A stretch of 64,000 nt of DNA from a virus. Lineage: Duplodnaviria; Caudoviricetes. The stretch covers positions 1 to 64,000 of IMG/VR virus record IMGVR_UViG_3300050510_000109. One strand, 5' to 3'. The stretch's first letter is position 1, and each line of letters opens with the position of its first letter. The notes beneath the pieces were generated by a model. That model made no database searches. It was not told where the DNA came from and was given only the letters and a program-made list of their open reading frames with translations. Below are positions 17,749 through 24,048 of the stretch, in pieces. Made by a program: the position numbers and the translations under genes.

Positions 17749-17833
17749 TGGTAGTTTGATTATAGCCACCAGATTCGGCAAACCCCCATGCCTTACTGGG
17801 CGCTGACGACTTACACTATCCGACAAACTACCA
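17749..17833 (-). ncRNA. Structured element upstream of the Ro60 leader
   Basis: 10-bp TGGTAGTTTG/CAAACTACCA closing stem; no ORF. Confidence 0.3.
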
Positions 17834-17843
17834 AAACGGGTCG

Positions 17844-17916
17844 CTGCCAGGGCAGGAATCGAACCTGCTGCTTCCATACCGTCCTGGACTGCGCAGTCAA
17901 GCAGGACATCCTGGCA
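17844..17916 (-). ncRNA. D-armless tRNA-like RNA A
   Basis: TGCCAGG/CCTGGCA acceptor, GCAGG-TTCGATT-CCTGC T arm, single central GTCCTG/CAGGAC stem. Confidence 0.55.
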
Positions 17917-17936
17917 ATGTTCTTTTAATTTTCGTG

Positions 17937-18020
17937 TGGGAAGAACAGGATTCGAACCTGCGCAAGGGCAACCACATTTCTGTGGATTCGGTACCATCTC
18001 CTCATTATGCCTATCTTCCC
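17937..18020 (-). ncRNA. Atypical tRNA-like RNA B
   Basis: GGGAAGA/TCTTCCC acceptor, GCAGG-TTCGAAT-CCTGT T arm; no canonical D or anticodon arm; CCACA-GAAA-TGTGG hairpin. Confidence 0.5.
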
Positions 18021-18126
18021 TTTGGGTGGGCTTTTTTACCGACTCCAACGGCTAGGTGCCCACTTGAACCTAGTGTTTCCCATTCTTTACTGGGCAAGAT
18101 AGGTGCGACCTATCCTAAACGCATTG

Positions 18127-18203
18127 AGGCTAGTAGGGACTCGAACCCAATTGTTCCTCCAGTATTGCATGACTCTCGCGAAAGTCAACTGGATAACCTA
18201 GCC
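18127..18203 (-). ncRNA. D-armless tRNA-like RNA C
   Basis: GGCTAG/CTAGCC acceptor, GGG-TTCGAGT-CCC T arm, central TCCAGT/ACTGGA plus TGACTTT/AGAGTCA stems. Confidence 0.5.
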
Positions 18204-18330
18204 ATGGTGAGGAATCCTTATTCCCTCATAGGGCACCATGGTTGCACATGGGCCTCGGGAAATGGCCGATCAAACCATCTATATAGCAGATAGGCGCCTA
18301 GCTGCAATTTATATATTTCTGGATTCCCCG

Positions 18331-18403
18331 TGCGCTATGTAGGACTCGAACCCACAACTTCTGCTTGGAAGGCAGACGTGTTACCATTAAACACTAATAA
18401 CGC
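18331..18403 (-). tRNA. tRNA-Gly (UCC)
   Basis: GCGTTAT/ATAGCGC acceptor, TCTGC-CTTCCAA-GCAGA anticodon arm. Confidence 0.9.
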
Positions 18404-18406
18404 TAA

Positions 18407-18479
18407 GTGAGGATGAAGGATTCGAACCTCCTCGCCGGGCCTAATCGGCTTTAACCGTGATGCCTAGGACATCTCCTCA
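18407..18479 (-). ncRNA. D-armless tRNA-like RNA D
   Basis: TGAGGA/TCCTCA acceptor, GGAGG-TTCGAAT-CCTTC T arm, central CCTA/TAGG stem. Confidence 0.45.
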
Positions 18480-18512
18480 ACCCTTACCATCCCAACCTGC
18501 CAGCCAGGAAGT

Positions 18513-19520
18513 TTACTGCATAATCAAGTTGCCGTCAGAGCCGATGATAAGTCGGCATTCCTTGGCAACCTTACAGGCTTCAATAATAGCCTTGGTATTT
18601 TCAATTGTCTTCTGAAGTGCGACCCAACCAGGCGAATTGTACAATGCCTGAAGCTGTCGAGCCGACTCAGCTTCGCCTCTTGCCTTTTCGATCAGGGCAT
18701 TGGCAATACCTTGAGCTTCAGCAAGTTTCGCTGCGGCAAGTTCGAGCTGCTTTTGCTTCTCATTACGCGCCGCACGAATGCCGGGGTCGGCATAGTCAAC
18801 GTCGATAATCAAAAGCTCAAGCGGTGGACAATCTTCCTTTGTTCGGTCGAAGGACGGACCACAGAAGAAGTTACCTCCCGCAGTACGATTAAACTCGACC
18901 GCAAGTTGCTCGCCAATCTTCTTTTGTAGAGTTGCTTGAACGCCATCAGCGTTTGCCACGAGGGCATCTGCCGATGTATCTGAACCGCGAACCACATCAC
19001 GAACAATCGTGCGTAGCGTTGGGGCCAGAATTGCCTCAAGCATGTCCTTCCACCAAGTTTGGGGATTGGCAACGTAATAACGTCGTCCAATCTTTTCCCA
19101 AAAGACCTTGGCTACTCCGCCCTTGTCATCACAGAATGTGTTGAGCTGGAATGCAGTCTTGGTGGCAACCTTGACTTGAATTCCGGACGGCTGGTCCTTT
19201 TCTGGCTTTGCCGAAATGACCGTGACATCGGCCGAATCGGCACCTGGAGTGATGATGAATTTGCCAGGATTTGCTGGGTCTGGCATGTCATCAATCGTCC
19301 AAGTCCGCATGTTCGCGGGCAAGTAATAAACTTGATTGTTCCATTCAGGAGAACCAGTTTCGCCCGGCTTAATGCACTCGCCGAAATGGTCTCCATCGCT
19401 AGGTCCCTGCATGTAGTAAAGACCAACCTCATCAGGGGCTGAAGTCGTACTGCACGCTCCCAGCATTAGCATTACGCCTGCTCCCGCAGTAATCGCGGTT
19501 GCACGGAGGAACTTGTTCAC
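18513..19520 (-). CDS. SPFH / band-7 family lipoprotein
   Basis: Lipobox LGAC, SPFH-like core, C-terminal coiled coil (AEAQGIANALIEKARGEAE). Confidence 0.7.
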   Translation of the reverse strand: MNKFLRATAITAGAGVMLMLGACSTTSAPDEVGLYYMQGPSDGDHFGECIKPGETGSPEWNNQVYYLPANMRTWTIDDMPDPANPGKFIITPGADSADVTVISAKPEKDQPSGIQVKVATKTAFQLNTFCDDKGGVAKVFWEKIGRRYYVANPQTWWKDMLEAILAPTLRTIVRDVVRGSDTSADALVANADGVQATLQKKIGEQLAVEFNRTAGGNFFCGPSFDRTKEDCPPLELLIIDVDYADPGIRAARNEKQKQLELAAAKLAEAQGIANALIEKARGEAESARQLQALYNSPGWVALQKTIENTKAIIEACKVAKECRLIIGSDGNLIMQ

Positions 19521-19666
19521 CTGTAGTCTCCGATTTGTTTTCTTTTCTCGGCTCTGTAATGGTTAATTCGCGCGATCCGCTTACGTGCTCCATTAATCAG
19601 GATCACAGCTACCCATGTACATAGCCCAAGTCCAACAAATCCTGTGGCCACGTAAAGTGCCTTCAT
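19517..19666 (-). CDS. 49-aa membrane protein coupled to the SPFH gene (not in the ORF track)
   Basis: GGAAGG SD, MKALYVATGFVGLGLCTWVAVILING...; 4-bp overlap. Confidence 0.55.
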   Translation of the reverse strand: MKALYVATGFVGLGLCTWVAVILINGARKRIARINHYRAEKRKQIGDYR

Positions 19667-19685
19667 TTTTCCTTCCTTATAGAAG

Positions 19686-19826
19686 GATGCCGAACAAGTT
19701 GGCTACTATCGAAAGTTTTTGTGCTATCCGTTACACCACTGGCCCATGAGCGGGCCAGCCAGGAGTCGAACCTGGACCTTCTAATTAGCAGTTAGATGAT
19801 AATCGATAATAATTCAGTCCGACATC
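19686..19826 (-). ncRNA. yrlA: Y RNA 1, YrlA type
   Basis: GAUGUCG-GACUGA...CUUGUU-CGGCAUC stem; internal T arm CCAGGTTCGACTCCTGG, closed acceptor CTGGCCC/GGGCCAG, D arm. Confidence 0.85.
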
Positions 19827-19827
19827 G

Positions 19828-19904
19828 TGGGATTAGCAGGATTCGAACCTGCACTATGGACTTGGCATGTCCACGCCAGCGTCTACCAATTGCGCCACAA
19901 TCCC
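19828..19904 (-). tRNA. Atypical tRNA (possibly Gly-GCC; anticodon arm ambiguous)
   Basis: GGGATTG/TAATCCC acceptor, Leu-like D arm, canonical T arm; TGGAC-ATGCCAA-GTCCA competes with TGGCG/TGCCA. Confidence 0.5.
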
Positions 19905-19918
19905 ATTTGTATTGCACG

Positions 19919-20018
19919 TAGGAACGACAAGAATCGAACTTGTACCTTCTGGCTTAAGGGGCCAGTGCTCTAAATCCTCGGTTTCGGATATCACTCCACC
20001 TTGTTAAGCTACGTTCCC
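19919..20018 (-). tRNA. tRNA-Lys (CUU) with a 35-nt expanded D-loop
   Basis: GGGAACG/CGTTCCT acceptor, CTGGC-CCCTTAA-GCCAG anticodon arm, ACAAG-TTCGATT-CTTGT T arm. Confidence 0.7.
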
Positions 20019-20155
20019 ATGTTTTTGTGTACCGTATTGGGCCACGTACGGTACCAGACGTGGATACCATCCCCCGGAAGGGGCATCGCCCGTTTTGGTT
20101 TCCCTCATAGAAATCCGCCCAACGGCGAAGCAAGACAAACCCCAAGAGAGAACCG

Positions 20156-20228
20156 CTGGCCCAACAGGACTCGAACCTGTAACCCGTTGATTAACAATCA
20201 ACTGCGCTGCCAATTGCGCCATGAGCCA
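20156..20228 (-). tRNA. tRNA-Asn (GUU)
   Basis: TGGCTCA/TGGGCCA acceptor, GTTGA-TTGTTAA-TCAAC anticodon arm. Confidence 0.9.
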
Positions 20229-20234
20229 TTAATA

Positions 20235-20284
20235 GGGGATCAGCGTTCCCTTTTACGTTGTGGCTAGCCGTTACGCTGATCCCC
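20235..20284. other. 12-bp inverted repeat (terminator or RNA-processing stem)
   Basis: GGGGATCAGCGT/ACGCTGATCCCC. Confidence 0.45.
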
Positions 20285-20307
20285 GATCCTTCCGCGACCG
20301 CAGAAGT

Positions 20308-20694
20308 TTAACCTACGGTATAAGAACCATAGAAATCTATAAACCTTAGACCTTCATGATTCTCACAATCAGCCAGGTCATCTTCAGCCCAGTGATCGTA
20401 AAAGTCATTTTCTTGCCAGTAGTAAAGGTCTGTTTTCCATTGCTTGATTAAGCTCTGACGCTCGTGGCGCCAGTTCATTCTTTCACGACCATCTTCAAAG
20501 TAGAAAGCATATTTCTGACTACAGCACCAGCATTTGTGCTTAGCAAATAATGGCTTCCAAGTCCATTCGTAGAGTTCGTAAAGTCCAGTTTTCATATCGA
20601 ACGCTCTGCGAATGTGTCCAACCATGCGAAACCTACGGTTCAATGGGTCTTTCTCTTGAACCCACCATGGTCGCGTTTTGTCTGTATGAGACAT
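20308..20694 (-). CDS. Hypothetical protein (MSHTDKTRPWW...)
   Basis: AGGAGG SD; sole ORF between tRNA/ncRNA genes. Confidence 0.6.
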   Translation of the reverse strand: MSHTDKTRPWWVQEKDPLNRRFRMVGHIRRAFDMKTGLYELYEWTWKPLFAKHKCWCCSQKYAFYFEDGRERMNWRHERQSLIKQWKTDLYYWQENDFYDHWAEDDLADCENHEGLRFIDFYGSYTVG

Positions 20695-20851
20695 GATAAC
20701 CTCCTGTGCCGGTTAGGTACCGGCTAGACTAGGTTTCTCATGTCTTTCTCCTTTCTACTTTAAGTTTGGCGGGCAGGACTACGACCTACTAAAGCAATTT
20801 ATCCGGAACATCCTAGGTTCGGTCTCGGGTGCTACCCAACCTGCCTCGCTG

Positions 20852-20923
20852 TACCCCCACTAGGATTCGAACCTAGAACCTGATAGTTAAGAGCTACCAG
20901 CTCTACCCTTGAGCTATGGAGGC
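20852..20923 (-). tRNA. tRNA-Lys (CUU)
   Basis: GCCTCCA/TGGGGGT acceptor, GGTAG-CTCTTAA-CTATC anticodon arm. Confidence 0.9.
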
Positions 20924-21173
20924 TTGACCCTAGTATGTAGTATTTTGAAGCTGACGAGTAACTACATACTAGGGGGATCGTACTGTACCACAGACTTCTG
21001 ACTTAGCATTGGAGAGGGTTACTTTATCTAGAATTTTTCGCCCCCCACGCTTTCTCCCGCACTCCGTTAACACTCGACGTTGGAGAGTATAGGGTTGAGC
21101 GTTAGTTATACTTTGGTCATTCCGTCCATCCTGGTCGAGACAATTCACGTCTATGACAAAGTAAAAACTACCG

Positions 21174-21247
21174 TCTGGATAGCAGGATTCGAACCTGCAA
21201 TCGCTAGCTCCCAAAGCTAGTGCCCTACCAAGTTAGGCCATATCCAG
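21174..21247 (-). tRNA. tRNA-Pro (UGG)
   Basis: CTGGATA/TATCCAG acceptor, CTAGC-TTTGGGA-GCTAG anticodon arm. Confidence 0.9.
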
Positions 21248-21251
21248 ATTA

Positions 21252-21334
21252 GATGCTGAACAAGTATTTGCATCGGAGGGATATCTTCATTCATTACAAG
21301 TGAATTGATAACCGATACAATTCAGTCCAGCATC
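21252..21334 (-). ncRNA. Y-like RNA 2 (no tRNA module)
   Basis: GAUGCUG-GACUGAA-UUGUAUCGGUUAUC...CCGAUGCAA-AUA-CUUGUU-CAGCAUC. Confidence 0.8.
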
Positions 21335-21337
21335 GGG

Positions 21338-21405
21338 GTACCTAACAAGTCGCAAATATCGGGTTATTTTGGCTGGAGGATAACCGATATTCTTCAGTCA
21401 GGCAC
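21338..21405 (-). ncRNA. Y-like RNA 3 (minimal, 68 nt)
   Basis: GUGCCU-GACUGAA-GAAUAUCGGUUAUC...CCGAUAUU...CUUGUU-AGGUAC. Confidence 0.8.
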
Positions 21406-21408
21406 TCG

Positions 21409-21480
21409 CCCGAACGACAGGAGTCGAACCTGCATCTTCCGGTTTTGGAGACCGGCGCTTTTCCATTAAGCTACGTTCGA
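21409..21480 (-). tRNA. tRNA-Trp (CCA)
   Basis: TCGAACG/CGTTCGG acceptor, CCGGT-CTCCAAA-ACCGG anticodon arm. Confidence 0.9.
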
Positions 21481-21483
21481 AGG

Positions 21484-21560
21484 CTCCGCAACCTCACATT
21501 TGTGGAAACAACAAACCAGGCGGAGGTAAAGTGACCTTTGGCGCTTGTGAGGTTGCGGAG
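21484..21560 (-). ncRNA. Long-stem structured RNA
   Basis: Perfect 15-bp CTCCGCAACCTCACA/TGTGAGGTTGCGGAG stem enclosing 47 nt, between tRNA-Trp and Y-like RNA 4. Confidence 0.45.
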
Positions 21561-21567
21561 GTTAAAC

Positions 21568-21675
21568 AGCCAAACAAGTTACGACAATTGCTAGATTAAA
21601 CATTAGCTGCGAGCCATGCTTCATCCACTAGTAATTAAACTTTTGCAGTGATAAGCGATCGTCTTCAGTCTGACT
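21568..21675 (-). ncRNA. Y-like RNA 4
   Basis: AGUCA-GACUGAA-GACGAUCGCUUAUC...CUUGUU-UGGCU; overlaps the stop codon of the upstream ORF. Confidence 0.7.
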
Positions 21676-22075
21676 TGCGCTTTGGTCTTTCTCGTTTAAT
21701 TCTGTCTTGCGGGTTGTTCATTGAATCAGTGATCAGTTTTTCTATGTGTTCTGGGAGCCTATCGGGTGGTCCTTGTGTGCGTTCAAGCTCAATTCGTCTT
21801 GCCTCTTCGGTTATTACCTTCATAGCACAAATCTTAGCCTTGTCCAAGGACATCATGCGCAGTGTATATTCTAGTGTCGTCTTGCATATCACTATCGCTT
21901 CCATTGCGCCTGCTGCTGGTCTGTACCAGACTAACTCAGTGCCTACTTCAGAGCTAAAAGCTGAACTTGCTTGAGTATCCATAAGCAGTCGTTGCTGTTG
22001 ATCTGCACTTCGCAATTCAACATCGATCGTTATTGATACAAACCAATTTTTTCTTATATCGTCCCACTTTGTCAA
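21665..22075 (-). CDS. Hypothetical protein embedded in the Y RNA array
   Basis: TTG start after AAGGAG SD; the longer ORF-track version runs through Y RNA 5. Confidence 0.55.
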   Translation of the reverse strand: MTKWDDIRKNWFVSITIDVELRSADQQQRLLMDTQASSAFSSEVGTELVWYRPAAGAMEAIVICKTTLEYTLRMMSLDKAKICAMKVITEEARRIELERTQGPPDRLPEHIEKLITDSMNNPQDRIKRERPKRKSD

Positions 22076-22092
22076 TCTTGCTCTCCTTTTGA

Positions 22093-22231
22093 TACTGCCG
22101 AACAAGTGTAAGCAATCGGTATTTTTGGCGCTCTCCCACTGAGCTACATCCCGAAAATCAGGATGACAGGACTCGAACCTGCGACCTCCCACTCCGAATG
22201 TGATAACCAATTAGCATTCAGTCCGGCAGTA
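22093..22231 (-). ncRNA. yrlA: Y RNA 5, YrlA type
   Basis: UACUGCCG-GACUGAA...GGUUAUC; T arm GCAGGTTCGAGTCCTGT, closed acceptor CATCCTG/CGGGATG, D arm TAGCTCAGTGGGAGAGC; CUUGUU-CGGCAGUA. Confidence 0.85.
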
Positions 22232-22238
22232 CGTATGG

Positions 22239-22316
22239 GTATTGAACAAGTGGCTAGATTCGGCCTGTGGTCGGCATCAAATAGTTGTCGATAACCAAAT
22301 CTATTCAGTCCAATAC
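22239..22316 (-). ncRNA. Y-like RNA 6
   Basis: GUAUUG-GACUGAA-UAGAUUUGGUUAUC...CCGAAUCUA...CUUGUU-CAAUAC. Confidence 0.8.
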
Positions 22317-22328
22317 TTGGAGCTTTTA

Positions 22329-22438
22329 GTGTTGAACAAGCTATCGTAATCGTCCATTGCCCTACCATTAGGCGATATCCGGCGTGCGGATAAAAAGATT
22401 CGAACTTTTAAGATAAACAATTACTATCAGTCCAACAC
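22329..22438 (-). ncRNA. yrlA: Y RNA 7, YrlA type
   Basis: GUGUUG-GACUGA...UUUAUC; T arm AAAAGTTCGAATCTTTT, closed acceptor TATCCG/CGGATA, D arm TCGCCTAATGGTAGGGC; CUUGUU-CAACAC. Confidence 0.8.
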
Positions 22439-22447
22439 CAAGTTGGG

Positions 22448-22549
22448 TGTACCTAACAAGGTGGAGAATTCGGTCTTACTTAATAGACGCTCAATATATC
22501 GAGCTTCCTTCTATCCATCCTGATAACCAAATTCAATCAGTCAGGCACA
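22448..22549 (-). ncRNA. Y-like RNA 8
   Basis: UGUGCCU-GACUGAU-UGAAUUUGGUUAUC...ACCGAAUUC...CUUGUU-AGGUACA. Confidence 0.8.
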
Positions 22550-22557
22550 ACGTTTGG

Positions 22558-22679
22558 ATGTCTAACAAGTTATTAAGATTTCGGGTGGCCTACCTCGTGG
22601 TGGTTAGCTTCGAGGCTAGATTTCGCATGTCTAACGGCCGAGTCTGGTGCGGTAACCGAATTCTAATTCAGTCAGACAT
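22558..22679 (-). ncRNA. Y-like RNA 9
   Basis: AUGUCU-GACUGAA-UUAGAAUUCGGUUACC...CCGAAAUCU...CUUGUU-AGACAU. Confidence 0.75.
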
Positions 22680-22684
22680 TACCA

Positions 22685-22759
22685 GGTGATTGTTGGGGGT
22701 CGAACCCAAACCTCTAGATTCACAGTCTAGTGTGCACGAGCCGGTACACTACAACCACC
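22685..22759 (-). tRNA. tRNA-His (GUG)
   Basis: G-1:C73 pair, GTGGTTG/CAATCAC acceptor, CTAGA-CTGTGAA-TCTAG anticodon arm. Confidence 0.88.
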
Positions 22760-22762
22760 ATG

Positions 22763-22839
22763 AGTTGCAAACAAGTTGACAGGTATCGGTATAGTTCCAT
22801 ACCAATTATAGATAACCGAAACCAATTCAGTCTGCAACT
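22763..22839 (-). ncRNA. Y-like RNA 10
   Basis: AGUUGCA-GACUGAA-UUGGUUUCGGUUAUC...ACCGAUACC...CUUGUU-UGCAACU. Confidence 0.8.
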
Positions 22840-22977
22840 GAGAACCATTTAGCTTCCGCTGTTTAGTTCTCAAGATACATTATTCATTTGCTGCATGGGT
22901 AACCCTTTATGGCTAGGCCCTGGAGAACCACCACGTTCCCACCCATGTATATCAAAGGTAAGATTTCTACCTTCAAG

Positions 22978-23070
22978 AGGGGGTGAGAGGAATCGAACCT
23001 CTCTAGCATACCAAGTTGGGACCGAGATACCGTTTGCGCGCCGCGCGAATATCCTAGACCAACTACCCCC
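22978..23070 (-). ncRNA. D-armless tRNA-like RNA E
   Basis: GGGGGT/ACCCCC acceptor, AGAGG-TTCGATT-CCTCT T arm, central GTTGG/CCAAC stem. Confidence 0.5.
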
Positions 23071-23189
23071 AAAAAACGTCCTAGTAACTGGACGTTCCTA
23101 CGGTATTTCTCCGTGTCGTTTTGTGCTTGAGGTTTTGTACGGCATTCCCTACGTTTTTGTCCTCAAGCCGACCGAAATAACACTGTATT

Positions 23190-23327
23190 AAGCGTACATC
23201 CGGCTTCGAACCGAACACCCAATCGGACAGATAGGGGCTTTACGTGGTGAAGCTTTGTTTCGTGGTCCAGGTTGCCTGTCGCTCATGCTGGGACGTATTT
23301 AGGATCTCCCTAAATCACCATACGCTT
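23190..23327 (-). ncRNA. Enlarged tRNA-like RNA F (138 nt)
   Basis: AAGCGTAT/GTACGCTT acceptor-like stem, TTCGG-TTCGAAG-CCGGA T arm, ATTTAGG/CCTAAAT hairpin. Confidence 0.4.
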
Positions 23328-23336
23328 CACCACTAG

Positions 23337-23407
23337 TGGCAGGCGTCCGATTCGAACGGCGTCTCCGGGTTATGAGCCCGGTATGGGACCTCTCCACCAC
23401 GCCTGCG
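23337..23407 (-). tRNA. tRNA-Met (CAU), initiator-like anticodon stem
   Basis: CCGGG-CTCATAA-CCCGG with three G-C pairs; GCAGGCG/CGCCTGC acceptor; weak T stem. Confidence 0.7.
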
Positions 23408-23557
23408 ACGATTATTTAATTGGCGCTAGCCTAACCCCCACTAGCATATGGACCCTTTGGTGACCACTTAGACGTTTGGGGGGACTATTCTCAATGGGGA
23501 TCTCGGGGAGGGCCATCAACAACAGACCTTACGTCTTAGTCCAATTCCAACCTTTTG

Positions 23558-23971
23558 CTAATTCAGGTGTGCGTTGAGTAGCTTCTCAATGTCCGCATCG
23601 GTGAGCTTAGCTCCGCATTGGCAAGGGGTCAAGTCTTTCGTGCTGACTCCATGCTTGAGTGCATACTGACCAAATTCGAACATGTTTGCGAGAAGCTGTC
23701 CAAGTGTTTGCTCATCAAGGGCAACAGCAAAGCCACCCTCAATTTCATGGAGTCGTTGCATAAGCCCCATGAAGATCTGAGCACATGCTTTCAGCAATGC
23801 AGGAGGGAAATGTTCTACCTCCGAACCATTGACCTGTTCATTGATGAACTGTTGCCAGACTTCGTAAATCTTGTCAACATCTCTATCGAACAGATCTCGC
23901 TGCTCATCAGAGAAATGCATTGGTGTCCTTTTTCGTGCTTCTGGGCGACCCCTCCGGGCCACCTCCAACAT
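23558..23971 (-). CDS. Hypothetical protein
   Basis: ORF on the coding strand; start probably at internal MHFSDEQ. Confidence 0.5.
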   Translation of the reverse strand: MLEVARRGRPEARKRTPMHFSDEQRDLFDRDVDKIYEVWQQFINEQVNGSEVEHFPPALLKACAQIFMGLMQRLHEIEGGFAVALDEQTLGQLLANMFEFGQYALKHGVSTKDLTPCQCGAKLTDADIEKLLNAHLN

Positions 23972-24048
23972 TACATGCTCTTGACGGAGCTGTCAAGTGT
24001 ACTCTGACCTGCTATGATGCATAAATGATCTTGGTCGGCCTCGACCGG

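Noticed and set aside
17844-18479. tmRNA (one- or two-piece)
   Set aside because: Each tRNA-like unit is closed within 73-84 nt, with no tag ORF and no G3-U70 alanine determinant evident.
6555-20145. CAAACCCC octamer recurring near 6562, 17779 and 20137 in non-coding structured regions
   Set aside because: Three copies of an 8-mer with no shared flanks or structural context are too weak to call a motif.
21665-22210. 181-aa ORF as given in the track
   Set aside because: Its N-terminal 45 codons run through YrlA RNA 5; a TTG start with an AAGGAG SD at 22075 is better supported.
21252-22839. CRISPR array interpretation of the repeat/variable/repeat pattern
   Set aside because: The conserved parts are two short motifs flanking each unit with complementary, non-identical ends. 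There are no identical 25-40-bp repeats, unit lengths are irregular, and no cas operon is present.
17734-23191. Short ORF-track entries over tRNA/Y RNA genes (e.g. 17734-18048, 19954-20145, 20004-20222, 22144-22368, 22884-23072)
   Set aside because: They are translations of structured RNA genes, without SD sequences or protein-like composition.
13900-23400. RtcB/RNA ligase or RtcR expected beside Ro60
   Set aside because: No ORF in the window shows RtcB or RNA ligase motifs; one may lie outside the window.
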